Shown: in pieces, positions 1 through 11,509 of the stretch
How the letters are laid out: each line of letters starts with the position of its first letter
How positions within the stretch are numbered: the stretch's first letter is position 1
NCBI GenBank assembly: GCA_002269645.1
Contig: NIVC01002701.1
Span: 62,001-126,000, forward strand
DNA length: 64,000 nt
Origin: Macrostomum lignano
Taxonomy: Eukaryota
Direction: 5' to 3'
Notes under the pieces: generated by a model
Databases searched by the model: none
What the model was told of the DNA's origin: nothing
Seen by the model: the letters and a program-made list of their open reading frames with translations, nothing else
Made by a program: the position numbers and the translations under genes

Positions 1-222
1 AAGATCTAGGGGTTGAGGGGTAGCTAATCCGCACCGTCACCTCCACCCACCCCTCACCGCCTGAGCAGGGTAGAGCACAGGGGCATTATCTGTGAGTCAG
101 ATATTGGTTGGTCAGGTTAAGCAAGTATATGAATGAATGACTGTCTAATCCTGCTAATCCTGTACGAAATAAAGCGCCTAGTATGAACCAAAATTAATCT
201 ACATGCAATCTTAACAGTTGAA

Positions 223-3200
223 ATGAATCGAAGGCCATCTTTGACAACGGTAAAACCGACGGCATCAACTACTGCGTCCAGGGTAGCCCCCGTATCTGCA
301 TTGAAAGTGCCTAGTAAAACCGGCGCTAAAACGGCAATTGGCGCCAAATCAGATAATGGCGCTAAAACGGCGATTGGCACCAAAACGGCAATCGGCGCCA
401 GAACGGTAATTGGCGCCAAAACAAATAATGGCGCCAAAACGGCAATTGGCGCCAAAACAGATAATGGTGCTAAAACGGCGATTGGCGCCAAAACGGCAAT
501 CGGCGCCAGAACGGCAATTGGCGCCAAAACAGATAATGGCGGTAAAACGACGATTGGCTCCAAAACGGCAATTGGCGCCAAAGCAGATAATGGCGCTAAA
601 ACGACGATTGGCGCCAAAGATAATCCGTCTGGCGCTAAAACTGCGATTGGCGCTGACAAGCCTGCGACCAGCGCTAAGACTGTAAGCGGCGGCGCCAGAA
701 CTTCTACAGCCGATTTGGGCGCCAGTATCAGCAAGTCGTCTGTGTCCCAGGCTTCTTCCCGCAAGTCGTCTATTGCTTCTACCTCCAGTGAGTTTTGCTG
801 CTCTTGTTGCTCAAAATCCTCAGTTGCTGGGCCTCCCAGAGTGTCAGTTGCTGGGCCTCCCAGAGTGTCAGTTGCTGGGCCTCCCAGAGTGTCAGTTGCT
901 GGGCCATGATGCTTACTCACCCCATACAACGCAGCCCGCAGCTCAGTGGCTGACAGACAGGCCTCAAGCAAGCAGCAAGTCAGGAAGCATCAGACGGCAG
1001 CCTCTGCTACCAGTGACAGGTCGCAGCGATCAACGCTGGCGTCTAGCAAAGGAGCTTCAACATCGGGCCCAGTTAAGTCAAACAACGTCCCATCGAAGGC
1101 GCCAGCCACGAGTTCTAAACAAATAAATGGAAGCAGACGGGTAAGTCATACTCCTGAACTGTCTACTTAGAATTTTTTGTCAGTAGCTCGGTGCGAAAGT
1201 CTAATATCTCAAATTCAGAAATCTAATCTCTCAGATTCAGCAATCTAATCTCTCAGATTGACAAATCTAATCTCATATTGACAAATCTAATCTCTCAGAT
1301 TGATAAATCTTATCTCTCAGATTGATAAATCTAATCTCTCAGATTGAAAAATCTAATCTCTCAGATTGACAAATCTAATCTCTCAGATTGATAAATCTAA
1401 TCTCTCAGATTGAAAAATCTAATCTCTCAGATTGAAAAATCTAATCTCTCAGATTGACAAATCTAATCTCATATTGACAAATCTAATCTCATATTGACAA
1501 ATCTAATCTCTCAGATTGATAAATCTTATCTCTCAGATTGATAAATCTTATCTCTCAGATTGATAAATCTAATCTCTCAGATTGAAAAATCTAATCTCTC
1601 AGATTGATAAATCTAATCTCTCAGATTGAAAAATCTAATCTCTCAGATTGATAGATCTAATCTCTCAGATTCAGAAATCTATAAATCCACCTTCATCCTC
1701 ACGCAGCCGTCTGTGAACGCGTCTTCGTCGTCGACCGCAGCCAATCGACGGGATTCGCTGACGGCCTCTGTGGCTTCCGGCCGCAGCACGCCGTCGGCGG
1801 CGTCGGCAGCTTCGGCCTCGGCGCTGGCCGCCGCCGCTATTGAATCGGCCGCCGCAGCAGCCGCCGCCGAAGCTGAGAAAGAGGCCGCCTTGTTGGCCGC
1901 ATCGGATGCGCGATCGGCTAGAGACGCCGCTCTTGCCGAGTGTCGCCGACTCGCCCTGACGGTTGAATCTCTCGCCGTTGTGTGCGGCTACGCTGCCAGA
2001 ATCGACGGATTCAATGCGCCACTGTGGCGTCGGGCTGTTGAACACCTGCGGCGTCAGCTGGAAGCGCAGCGGTTGGAGTTGACTGAACGAGCCAAGTTGG
2101 AGATCGAGTCAGTTAGGACTGCGCATGCTGAGCAGGTGAGGCTTGGATGAGTGTGAGAAGTGAGATGGACAGGTGAGAGGAGAGATGGGCAGGTGAGAGG
2201 AGAGATGGGCAGGTGAGAGGAGAGATCGGCAGGTGAGAGGACAGATGGGCAGGTGAGAGGACAGATGGGCAGGTGAGAGGACAGATGGGCAGGTGAGAGG
2301 AGAGATAAGCAGGTGAGAGGAGAGATAAGCAGGTGAGAGGAGAGATAAGCAGGTGAGAGGAGAGATAAGCAGGTGAGAGGAGAGATAAGCAGGTGAGAGG
2401 AGAGATGGGCAGGTGAGAGGAGAGATCGGCAGGTGAGAGGACAGATGGGCAGGTGAGAGGAGAGATGGGCAGGTGAGAGGAGAGATCGGCAGGTGAGAGG
2501 ACAGATGGGCAGGTGAGAGGACAGATGGGCAGGTGAGAGGAGAGATAAGCAGGTGAGAGGAGAGATGGGCAGGTGAGAGGAGAGATCGGCAGGTGAGAGG
2601 ACAGATGGGCAGGTGAGAGGAGAGATGGGCAGGTGAGAGGAGAGATGGGCAGGTGAGAGTAGAGATGGGCAGGTGAGAGTAGAGATGGGAAGGTGAGAGG
2701 TGATATGGGAAGGTGAGAGGAGAGATGGGCAGGTGAGACGATAGATAGGCAGGTTAGAATAGAGATGGGCAGGTGAGAGGAGAGATGGGCAGGTGAGAGT
2801 AGAGATGGGCAGGTGAGAGTAGAGATGGGCAGGTGAGAGGTGATATGGGCAGGTGAGAGGAGAGATGGGCAGGTTAGAATAGAGATGGGCAGGTGAGAGG
2901 ATAGATGGGCAGGTGAGAGGATAGATGGGCAGGTGAGTGTAGAGATGGGCAGGTGAGAGGAGAGAGGCAGGTGAGACAATAGATGGGCAGGTTAGAGTAG
3001 AGGTGGGCAGGTGAGAGTAGAGATGGGCAGGTGAGAGGAGAGGTGGGCAGATGAGAGTAGAGATGGGCAGGTGAGAGGAGGTTTAAAATAAACTCATAAT
3101 TTTGTACTTTTTAATTGCCTCACTCCGCAGTTGTCTGCCTTGGCCCAGCAGCATCAGACAACGCTGGATCAGCAGCAGGCTCTCCACAGCCAAGAATTGC

Positions 3201-6019
3201 AATCCATTGCCGAGCAGAATTCTAAAGCAATGCATGGTAAAAAAAGTGTTCATATTGCTACTTTTCTCAGTAGCTGTATTAGCAAATATGCGAATATATT
3301 CTGATTAAATTTTCAGATTCCGAGCAGCGTCACGAGGTCAAACTAAGCGATCAGGCCAGCAAATTAGAGGCGGCTATTGCCGAACTGCAGTCCCAGCTGT
3401 CTATGGCCCAGTTTGAGTCCGCCTCGCTCAAGGAGAAGGTCTACGCTTCCGATGCAAAAATTCTGGTAAGTTTTGCTGTTAGTGTATAAAAATTGCTTTG
3501 TAAAGTTTTTTTCGCTACATGTCGGCTGTGTGAAAAAATCAAGTTTTCGCTAATTAAATTATGCTTTATTAATTTTGTTTTATAATTTTCAGGAGATCAC
3601 GGAAGAATTTCAACAGAAACTGTCTGCGAAGACTCAACCTACTGAATCGAAAGCTGTATCAACTGATTTGGAATTTCATTCGCTTAGTATGGAAGTTTGT
3701 GCCGAAGAATTGCAAGAATCTTATAGTGAGATTTTAGAATCTCACCCGGTGAAATCGGAATCTCACCCAGAGAAATTGGATTCTCATCTAGAGAAATCGG
3801 AATCTCACCAAGACAAATCGGAGTCTCACCAAGAAAAATCGGAATCTCATCCTGAGAAATCGGAATCTCACCAAGACAAATCGGAATCTCACCCAGAGAA
3901 ATCGGAATCTCATCCCGAGAAGTCGGAGTCTCACCAAGAAAAATCGGAATTTCATCCTGAGAAGTCGGAATCTCACCCAAAGAAATCGGAATCTCATCCT
4001 GAAAAGTCGGAATCTCAGACTAAGGATCCAGATTTCCCAATGCCCCTGTGTGAATCGATCGCTGAGACTCCGGAATCCTCTATCCAGTTGAGACACGGCG
4101 GCAGTGTCAGGAGCTCAGCCAGTTCAACCAATCAGCGCCAGTCTCAGGCCCGGGTTTCGTCTGTCCTCGACGGAGATGAGCGTCCAATCGCTCCTCTGGT
4201 GCAAATGCAGTCGCCATCGGGTTCTGCCGTCAGCGCTTTGCAAGCTGAGGTGGCCGAATTACAGGTGAAATATTTTAATTATTATCAATGACACTTGACT
4301 TTAAGTAGGGATTTCCCTTTCGGGGTTTTACCTACACCATGAAATTCCCATTCAGGGGTTTCCATACCACAATTTATTATCTATTCGGTATTTCCTGCCA
4401 AAATGGATTTCCTATTCGGAGGTTTCCCTGCAACAATGGATTTCCCGTTCGTGGTTTTCCCCGCGACAATGGATTTTTCCATTTAAGGGTTTCCACTACA
4501 CGATAGATTTCCCGTTCAGGGTTTCCCTGACACAATGGATTTCCCATTTGGGGGTTTCCCCTACACTATAGATTTCCCGTTCGGGGTTTCCCTGACACAA
4601 TGGATTTCCCATTTGGGGGTTCCCCCTACACTATAGATTTCCCGTTCGGGGTTTCCCCTACACTATAGATTTCCCGTTCGGGGTTCCCCCTACACTATAT
4701 ATTTCCCGTTCGGGGTTTTCCTGACACAATGGATTTTCCATTAAGTGTTTTCCCCTACAAAATGGATTTCCCATTTGTGGGGTTTACCTTTAACTGCTCA
4801 TATTTTACTCATACTACTTTCTAACTACTATTTTAAGGCCGCCTTAGCCAGCTATCGCAACCTGCCAGACGAGATCGCCTCGTTAAAGTCGGTGCTGGAG
4901 CTGCGGACTCGTGAAGTGTCCGAGCAGCGCAAGCAGCGAATGGAGGCTGAGGAGCGGCTGGCCGGGATGAAGGAGATGCGCGAGAAGGCTGTGCAGATGC
5001 AGTGCAAGATTGAGAATCTGGAAGCTATACTGGCTATGAAGACTGAGAATGAGAAGTAAGTTTTCCACTGTAAGGATTTCCAAATTTTAAGGAAGCTAAA
5101 TGACTCGTCTCAATCTACTCACCTGTCCAGGCTGCTCCACGAGAAGCATCAGATGTTGCTCCGCAAATTCGATCAGGAGTACAAGGCCAAGAGTCGGCTC
5201 AGCATGAACTACGAGGAATTGAAATTTAAAATGGAAACACTTGAGCAAAATTATATGAGCCAGAGTATGGCCGCTATGTGAGTGCTGCTTTCTAAGAAAT
5301 TCTTGATTGATGAGGGGCTGCTTGGAAAAGTGACAGATTTGGTTTTAAATTTAGAGTGACAGCTGAGTGACAATCAGAGTGAAAGATGCGGATAGAGAGT
5401 GTGAAAATAGAGTGACAGAAAGGCGAGTAGGTAAAGTGGCAATGGATTGACAGGAATTACAGGTGGGAAGAGTGACAATAGAGGGACAGAACTAGGAGTA
5501 GGTAGAGTGACAATGGAGTGACAGAAATACGATTAGGTAGAGTGACAATGGAGTGACAGAAATACGATTAGGTAGAGTGACAATGGAGTGACAGAAATAC
5601 GATTAGGTAGAGTGACAATGGAGTGACAGAAATACGATTAGGTAGAGTGAGAATTGAGTGACAGAACTAGGAGTAGGTGGAGTGACAGATGCGGGTTAAG
5701 AGAGTGATAATGTAACCTGTAGCAAGAGTGACATCGGAGTGACAAAGATGCAGGCTCAGGGTTGTTGAGGCTTGAGTGACATGCATTCTTTATGCTATTC
5801 ACTGACAAAAATCTCTAAATCGCATTTCGCAGCTCTCTATCAGACACGCCGCCTCTGCCATCGGGCGACAATCAGCAGCAGCAGCAGCAAGCGACCTCCC
5901 TATCAGGCGTGATGACGCGGTCCCTGTATCGCGGCATCAGACACGATCGGGAGAAGCGCAAAACCATCGCCACTGCCGTCGCGGCTTGGCACAGTCCCAG
6001 CGGAGACGGTGCAGGTTAA
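223..6019 (+). CDS. Multi-exon coiled-coil protein, MTUS1/MTUS2/CCDC69-like C-terminus; exons 223-787, 935-1140, 1707-2135, 3131-3236, 3317-3465, 3593-4264, 4838-5055, 5131-5277, 5833-6019
   Basis: All 8 introns are GT..AG and phases match across every junction (1,0,0,1,0,0,2,2), giving one open frame to TAA at 6017-6019. Exons 7-8 read ...KTENEKLLHEKHQMLLRKFDQEYKAKSRLSMNYEELKFKM, which resembles the MTUS/CCDC69 motif KRLSMENEELLWKL (recalled, not searched). The true start may lie upstream. Confidence 0.75.
321..660 (+). repeat. Coding tandem repeat (GAKTAIGAKTDN-like, 18/36-bp units) in exon 1
   Basis: Repeated GGCGCCAAAACGGCAATT units, in frame with the 223 ORF. Confidence 0.85.
821..905 (+). 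repeat. 24-bp tandem repeat, about 3.5 copies, in intron 1
   Basis: CAGTTGCTGGGCCTCCCAGAGTGT repeated. Confidence 0.85.
1201..1680 (+). repeat. 22-bp minisatellite filling intron 2
   Basis: Unit ATTGATAAATCTAATCTCTCAG; period 22 (1321 to 1343), with shorter variants. Confidence 0.9.
2150..3080 (+). repeat. 20-bp purine-rich minisatellite filling intron 3
   Basis: Unit GGGCAGGTGAGAGGAGAGAT, roughly 45 copies. Confidence 0.92.
3755..4020 (+). repeat. Coding 21-bp repeat (SESHPEK) in exon 6
   Basis: TCGGAATCTCACCCAGAGAAA units, in frame. Confidence 0.85.
4310..4785 (+). repeat. Degenerate intronic minisatellite (about 41-bp unit)
   Basis: Repeated ACACAATGGATTTCCC(G/A)TT(C/T)GGGG(G)TTTCCC. 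Confidence 0.75.
5480..5690 (+). repeat. 36-bp intronic minisatellite
   Basis: GTAGAGTGACAATGGAGTGACAGAAATACGATTAG; period 36 (5521 to 5557). Confidence 0.8.
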
Positions 6020-6699
6020 AAATATAAAACGAGCGTTTTTTTTAAAACCGCTACTTGCTACTGTTCAGTAGCATAAATCTGGCCCTAAATATATTTTTGC
6101 ACTGGATTTGCATTTACAAGTATCTGGAGACTAAATAGAAATCGTGTCGTTTGCTTTTCTTCTGCAATAACAATATTTATTTATATTGTTTTATTTAATT
6201 TAGACTGCAATATGTTTGCTTGCCTACTATTGGAGCTTCAAGCAGTAGTTTAATTCGAATGCTGCGCGCGGAAATTATTTTAATAATTGCACGCAGCAGT
6301 CTAGTCAGTGTTATGTCTAGCTTACTGTTTTTTTAACCTGCTTGGATCGCTTTGTCGCTTTGTTTTACTTTCCCAACTCCTTCGAATTCTTCAAGTTTTT
6401 TAATAGTCCTTAAAGCTGCTTTATATGCATAGAATTATCCCATATTAGGATAACTCCTGCTAAATGTAGATTTTTTTAAGCTAATTTTTTTTCAAGCTAA
6501 TTAATTTTGTCCCCCCAGCTTTACATGTTCTGCCAATCATCCTGGCTTTGGCCTTCTCATAAAAGTTGCTGTGACACTTTAGATGGTTCTGAATTAATAT
6601 TTTTCTGAAGCCTTTTTATCATTGTGACAGTTTTATACAGTTCAGTGCAGGCTGTCATTTGCAATGTGTGTAATTCATTACTTTTTTTACTATTGTCCT

Positions 6700-7860
6700 T
6701 TTTTAGGCCTGCCACTATCACTGTGGTCCTTTGTAGGGCTGCCACTATCACTGTGGTCCTTTGTAGGGCTGCCACTATCACTGTGGTCCTTTGTAGGGCT
6801 GCCACTATCACTGTGGTCCTTTGTAGGGCTGCCACTATCACTGTGGTCCTTTGTAGGGCTGCCACTATCACTGTGGTCCTTTGTAGGCCTGCCACTATCA
6901 CTGTGGTCCTTTGTAGGGCTGTCAATATTACTGTGGTCTTTTGTAGGGCTGTCAATATCACTGTGGTCCCTTGTAGGGCTGTCAATATCACTGTGGTCCT
7001 TTGTAGGGCTGTCAATATCACTGTGGTCCTTTGTAGGGCTGTCGATATTACTGTGGTCTTTTGTAGGGCTGTCAATATCACTGTGGTCCTTTGTAGGGCT
7101 GTCAATATCACTGTGGTCCTTTGTAGGGCTGTCAATATTACTGTGGTCTTTTGTAGGGCTGTCAATATCACTGTGGTCCTTTGTAGGGCTGTCACTATCA
7201 CCGTGGTCCTTTGTAGGCCTGCCACTATCACTGTGGTCCTTTGTAGGCCTGCCACTATCACTGTGGTCCTTTGTAGGCTTGCCACTATCACTGTAGTCCT
7301 TTGTAGGCCTGCCACCACTGTGGTCTTTTGTAGGCCTGCCACTATCACTGTGGTCCTTTGTAGGACTGTCAATATTACTGTGGTCTTTTGTAGGGCTGTC
7401 ACTATCACTGCGGTCCTTTGTAGGGCTGTCAATATTACTGTGGTCCTTTGTAGGGCTGTCACTATCACCGTGGTCCTTTGTAGGGCTGTCACTATCACCG
7501 TGGTCCTTTGTAGGCCTGCCACTATCACTGTGGTCCTTTGTAGGCCTGCCACTATCACTGTGGTCCTTTGTAGGCTTGCCACTATCACTGTAGTCCTTTG
7601 TAGGCCTGCCACTATCACTGTGGTCCTTTGTAGGCTTGCCACTATCACTGTAGTCCTTTGTAGGCCTGCCACCACTGTGGTCTTTTGTAGGCCTGCCACT
7701 ATCACTGTGGTCCTTTGTAGGCCTGCCACTATCACTGTAGTCCTTTGTAGGCCTGCCACTATCACTGTGGTCCTTTGTAGGCCTGCCACTATCACTGTGG
7801 TCCTTTGTAGGCCTGCCACTATCACTGTGGTCCTTTGTAGGCCTGCCACCACTGTGGTCG
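6700..7860. repeat. 30-bp minisatellite with 27-bp variants
   Basis: Unit CCACTATCACTGTGGTCCTTTGTAGGGCTG; accounts for the overlapping repetitive ORFs on both strands. Confidence 0.93.
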
Positions 7861-8414
7861 TTTGTGAGGCAGCGCATTCTGTGTGACAGCCATTGTAGCA
7901 ATAATATTTCTGTAGATCAGACAAAGTTAATGGGACAATCAATCCGTAAGCTGACTGCAACAGACCAGAAGTCAGTCTTTAATCTCGCACTTGCCTTTTT
8001 CTATTCTGTACTACGTCGCTAATATTCAGTAATTCATATATAGAATTTAAATGAAATTCTATTTGAATTGCAAATTGGCTTTCAACAAAATTAAATATCA
8101 TTTTCGTGCTGTTTTTTATTAATTAATTTTTTGCTTGTTTGTTTGTTGACTCTTACAGCTGAGAATTGGACCAGGATGTCTGCATTGGTGTAAATTGTTG
8201 TAAAATTTTCTAATAAATATTTTATTGTTCACTAACAGTGTTTAACTGTGTTTAAGCCCGTGTTAAAACAGTAGTTTAGCTGCGTTTTAACGGAATTTTC
8301 ATTTATTAAGTATAAACTAGATGCTTTTGTTTAATAAACGCACCACATTTCTTGAAAATACTGCCTCCGTTTAAAAACAGGAGCTTTTTAGTTTCTTTTT
8401 CTGTCTATGCAGTC

Positions 8415-9215
8415 TTGGAGTGTTACAGATGGGTTTGCGGGCTGTTACTGAAGGGTTTGTGGGCTGTTACTGAAGTGTTACAGATGGGTTTGCGGGCTGT
8501 TACTGAAGGGTTTGTGGGCTGTTACTGAAGTGTTACAGATGGGTTTGCGGGCTGTTACTGAAGTGTTACAGATGTGATGGTGGGGTATTACTGAAGTGTT
8601 ACAGATGTGATGGTGGGGTATTACTGAAGTGTTACAGATGTGATGGTGGGGTATTACTGAAGTGTTACAGATGTGATGGTGGGGTATTACTGAAGTGTTA
8701 CAGATGTAATGGTGGGGTATTACTGAAGTGTTACAGATGTGATGGTGGGGTATTACTGAAGTGTTACAGATTTGATGGTGGGTATTACTGAAGTGTTACA
8801 GATTTGATGGTGGGTATTACTGAAGTGTTACAGATTTGATGGTGGGTATTACTGAAGTGTTACAGATTTGATGGTGGGGTATTACTGAAGGGTTACAGAT
8901 TTGATGGTGGGTATTACTGAAGTGTTACAGATTTGATGGTGGGTATTACTGAAGTGTTACAGATTTGATGGTGGGTATTACTGAAGTGTTACAGATTTGA
9001 TGGTGGGTATTACTGAAGTGTTACAGATTTGATGGTGGGTATTACTGAAGTGTTACAGATTTGATGGTGGGTATTACTGAAGTGTTACAGATTTGATGGT
9101 GGGTATTACTGAAGTGTTACAGATTTGATGGTGGGTATTACTGAAGTGTTACAGATTTGATGGTGGGTATTACTGAAGTGTTACAGATTTGATGGTGGGG
9201 TATTACTGAAGTGTT
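8415..9215. repeat. 32/33-bp minisatellite
   Basis: GTGTTACAGATTTGATGGTGGGTATTACTGAA; period 32. Confidence 0.92.
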
Positions 9216-9894
9216 GCAGATACAAAGCATCCACAAAGAACAATGCCATGGCCATTTAGCTCAGTGACAACAAAGTGCACAAGAAGTTGATCTTTGCAGC
9301 ACGAAATGGTTATTATATGGTAAAATTATATTTTTAGGTGGAATTCACGCGCCTATGTACATTTAAAATCGAACTGAACACAAAAGCACAAACATAAAAC
9401 ATAAAAAGCCAACTATAGAGCTGAACAAGCAAGGCCACTCTCGGTGTTGAGACCTGGATCTGGAAGCAGCTGGGGCGGCTACGGATGGATAATGATCTAA
9501 AGGGAATTCTAGCATGTTCCCGGGACAAAAATGCCAATAAAACTAAACGAAGGATTAATAAATGTTATTATTAACAGCTAACTAACTGTGCAACAAGCAA
9601 TGAGTTGGGGAGTTAGCAAAGTGCGGGCCACAAACAAGGAATGATGCCAGTTTCTGATCGGGCAAACAGCCTTCGATCATTATAGCTACTTTGATCGAAT
9701 GCGACTCACACACACAGCAAGGTGCATGCACACATATTACTCATAGTAGTGCAGTGGCTCAGCGGCACAAGAAACACTAAGCTGTGCAAATCATCAAAAT
9801 TTTGTTTATAGATATTTATAACAGAACAGAGAAAGCAGAAAATATTAAGCAAAAAGTTTGGTACAAAGCACGGCACCATAAATTATTCAGAGGC

Positions 9895-10100
9895 GATTCT
9901 CAGGGCAATCAGCTAGCTCAGGGATTATCATGAGGGGCGATTCTCAGCTCAGGGATTATCCTGAGGGGCGATTCTCAGCTCAGGGATTATCCTGAGGGGC
10001 GATTCTCAGCTCAGGGATTATCCTGAGGGGTGATTCTTAGCTCAGAGATTATTCTGAGGGCGATTCTCAGCTCAGGGATTATCCTGAGGGGCGATTCTCA
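9895..10100. repeat. About 31-bp tandem repeat
   Basis: GATTCTCAGCTCAGGGATTATCCTGAGGGGC repeated about 6 times. Confidence 0.85.
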
Positions 10101-10670
10101 GCTAGCCTTATCGAATGAGAGCACAATGACGATCATAAAAAAGCGTTAAGAACTGCGCTGACGGGAAAGCAGATCAAATTTTCAAAAAGCAATACTGATA
10201 CAAACAGCGCCTGCACAAGTCGCACCCAGCAGGGGAAGCGGCCCCTTTAGCAACTGGTGAGGTATAACTTATAAGTGTCAACCGTGTCAACAGGTGTTCA
10301 CATCAGTAGTAAAACAAATTGACGAATCAGAGCAACGCAAAACTACCTTAAGCCTGCGACTCGAAAAAATCATAAAATTTAAAAACAACACCAATGGAAT
10401 GAAAGCTGGTTCTCTTTCTAAGAAAGAAGAAATTGTTTTTGAACAGGTTAGTTCTGTTCGTAGCATTCCGCTTCTGCTTTGCTGGGAAACCAGCCCAGTG
10501 CGTGACGTGTGACTGTTTTCAGAAAATAACTGAAATTGGCGACACTGTTGACAGAAATCCGGTGTTTTGAAAAAAACAATTTATGAGAAAAAATGATTGA
10601 AATAATTTGCTTGAGTGATGCAGCGCTGAAGCTGTAACAGCAGAGTAGCATTCCCAAATTAAGTTTCTAG

Positions 10671-11365
10671 ATTTTCCCACACCCTACTCTCATTCCCCAC
10701 ACCCTACTCTCATTCCTCATACCCTACTCTCATTCCCCACACCCTAGTCTCATTCCCCACACCCTACTCTCATTCCCCACACCCTACTCTCATTCCTCAT
10801 ACCCTACTCTGATTACCCACACCCTACTCTCATTTCCCACACCCTACTCTCATTCCCCACACCCTACTCTCATTCCCCACACCCTACTCTCATTCCCCAC
10901 ACCCTACCCTCATTCCCCACACCCTACTCTCATTCCCCACACCCTACTCTCATTCCCCACACCCTACTCTCATTCCCCACACCCTACTCTCATTCCCTAC
11001 TCTCATTCCCCACACCCTACTCTCATTCCCTACACTCATTCCCCACACCCTACTCTCATTCCCCACACCCTACTCTCATTCCCCACACCCTACTCTCATT
11101 CCCCACACCCTACTCTCATTCCCCACACCCTACTCTCATTCCCCACATCCTACTCTGATTGCCCACACCCTACTCTCATTCCCCACACCCTACTCTCATT
11201 CCCCACACCCTACTCTCATTCCCCACACCCTACTCTCATTCCCCACACCCTACTCTCATTCCCCACACCCTACTCTCATTCCCCACACCCTACTCTCATT
11301 CCCCACACCCTACTCTCATTCCCCACACCCTACTCTCATGGGACCCACCCTACTCTCATTCCCCA
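10671..11365. repeat. 20-bp minisatellite
   Basis: CCCACACCCTACTCTCATTC repeated. Confidence 0.92.
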
Positions 11366-11509
11366 CACTTCCCACCCCAACTCTCAGTTGAATGCAACAT
11401 TCCAAACATCCACAGCTGATACTCTGCAGCACCGTAAAAACATTTGAGAAACAGTAGAAAAACAAAAAATGAAAACAACCTGGTCAAGTAAAGATTTAGT
11501 TTTACAGCT

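Noticed and set aside
117-971. 284-aa minus-strand ORF (APIAVL repeats)
   Set aside because: Antisense shadow of plus-strand exons 1-2, which splice in phase into the coiled-coil gene
6557-7960. Four overlapping 200-470-aa ORFs on both strands
   Set aside because: A 30-bp repeat lacking stops in several frames; no splice-linked unique exon found
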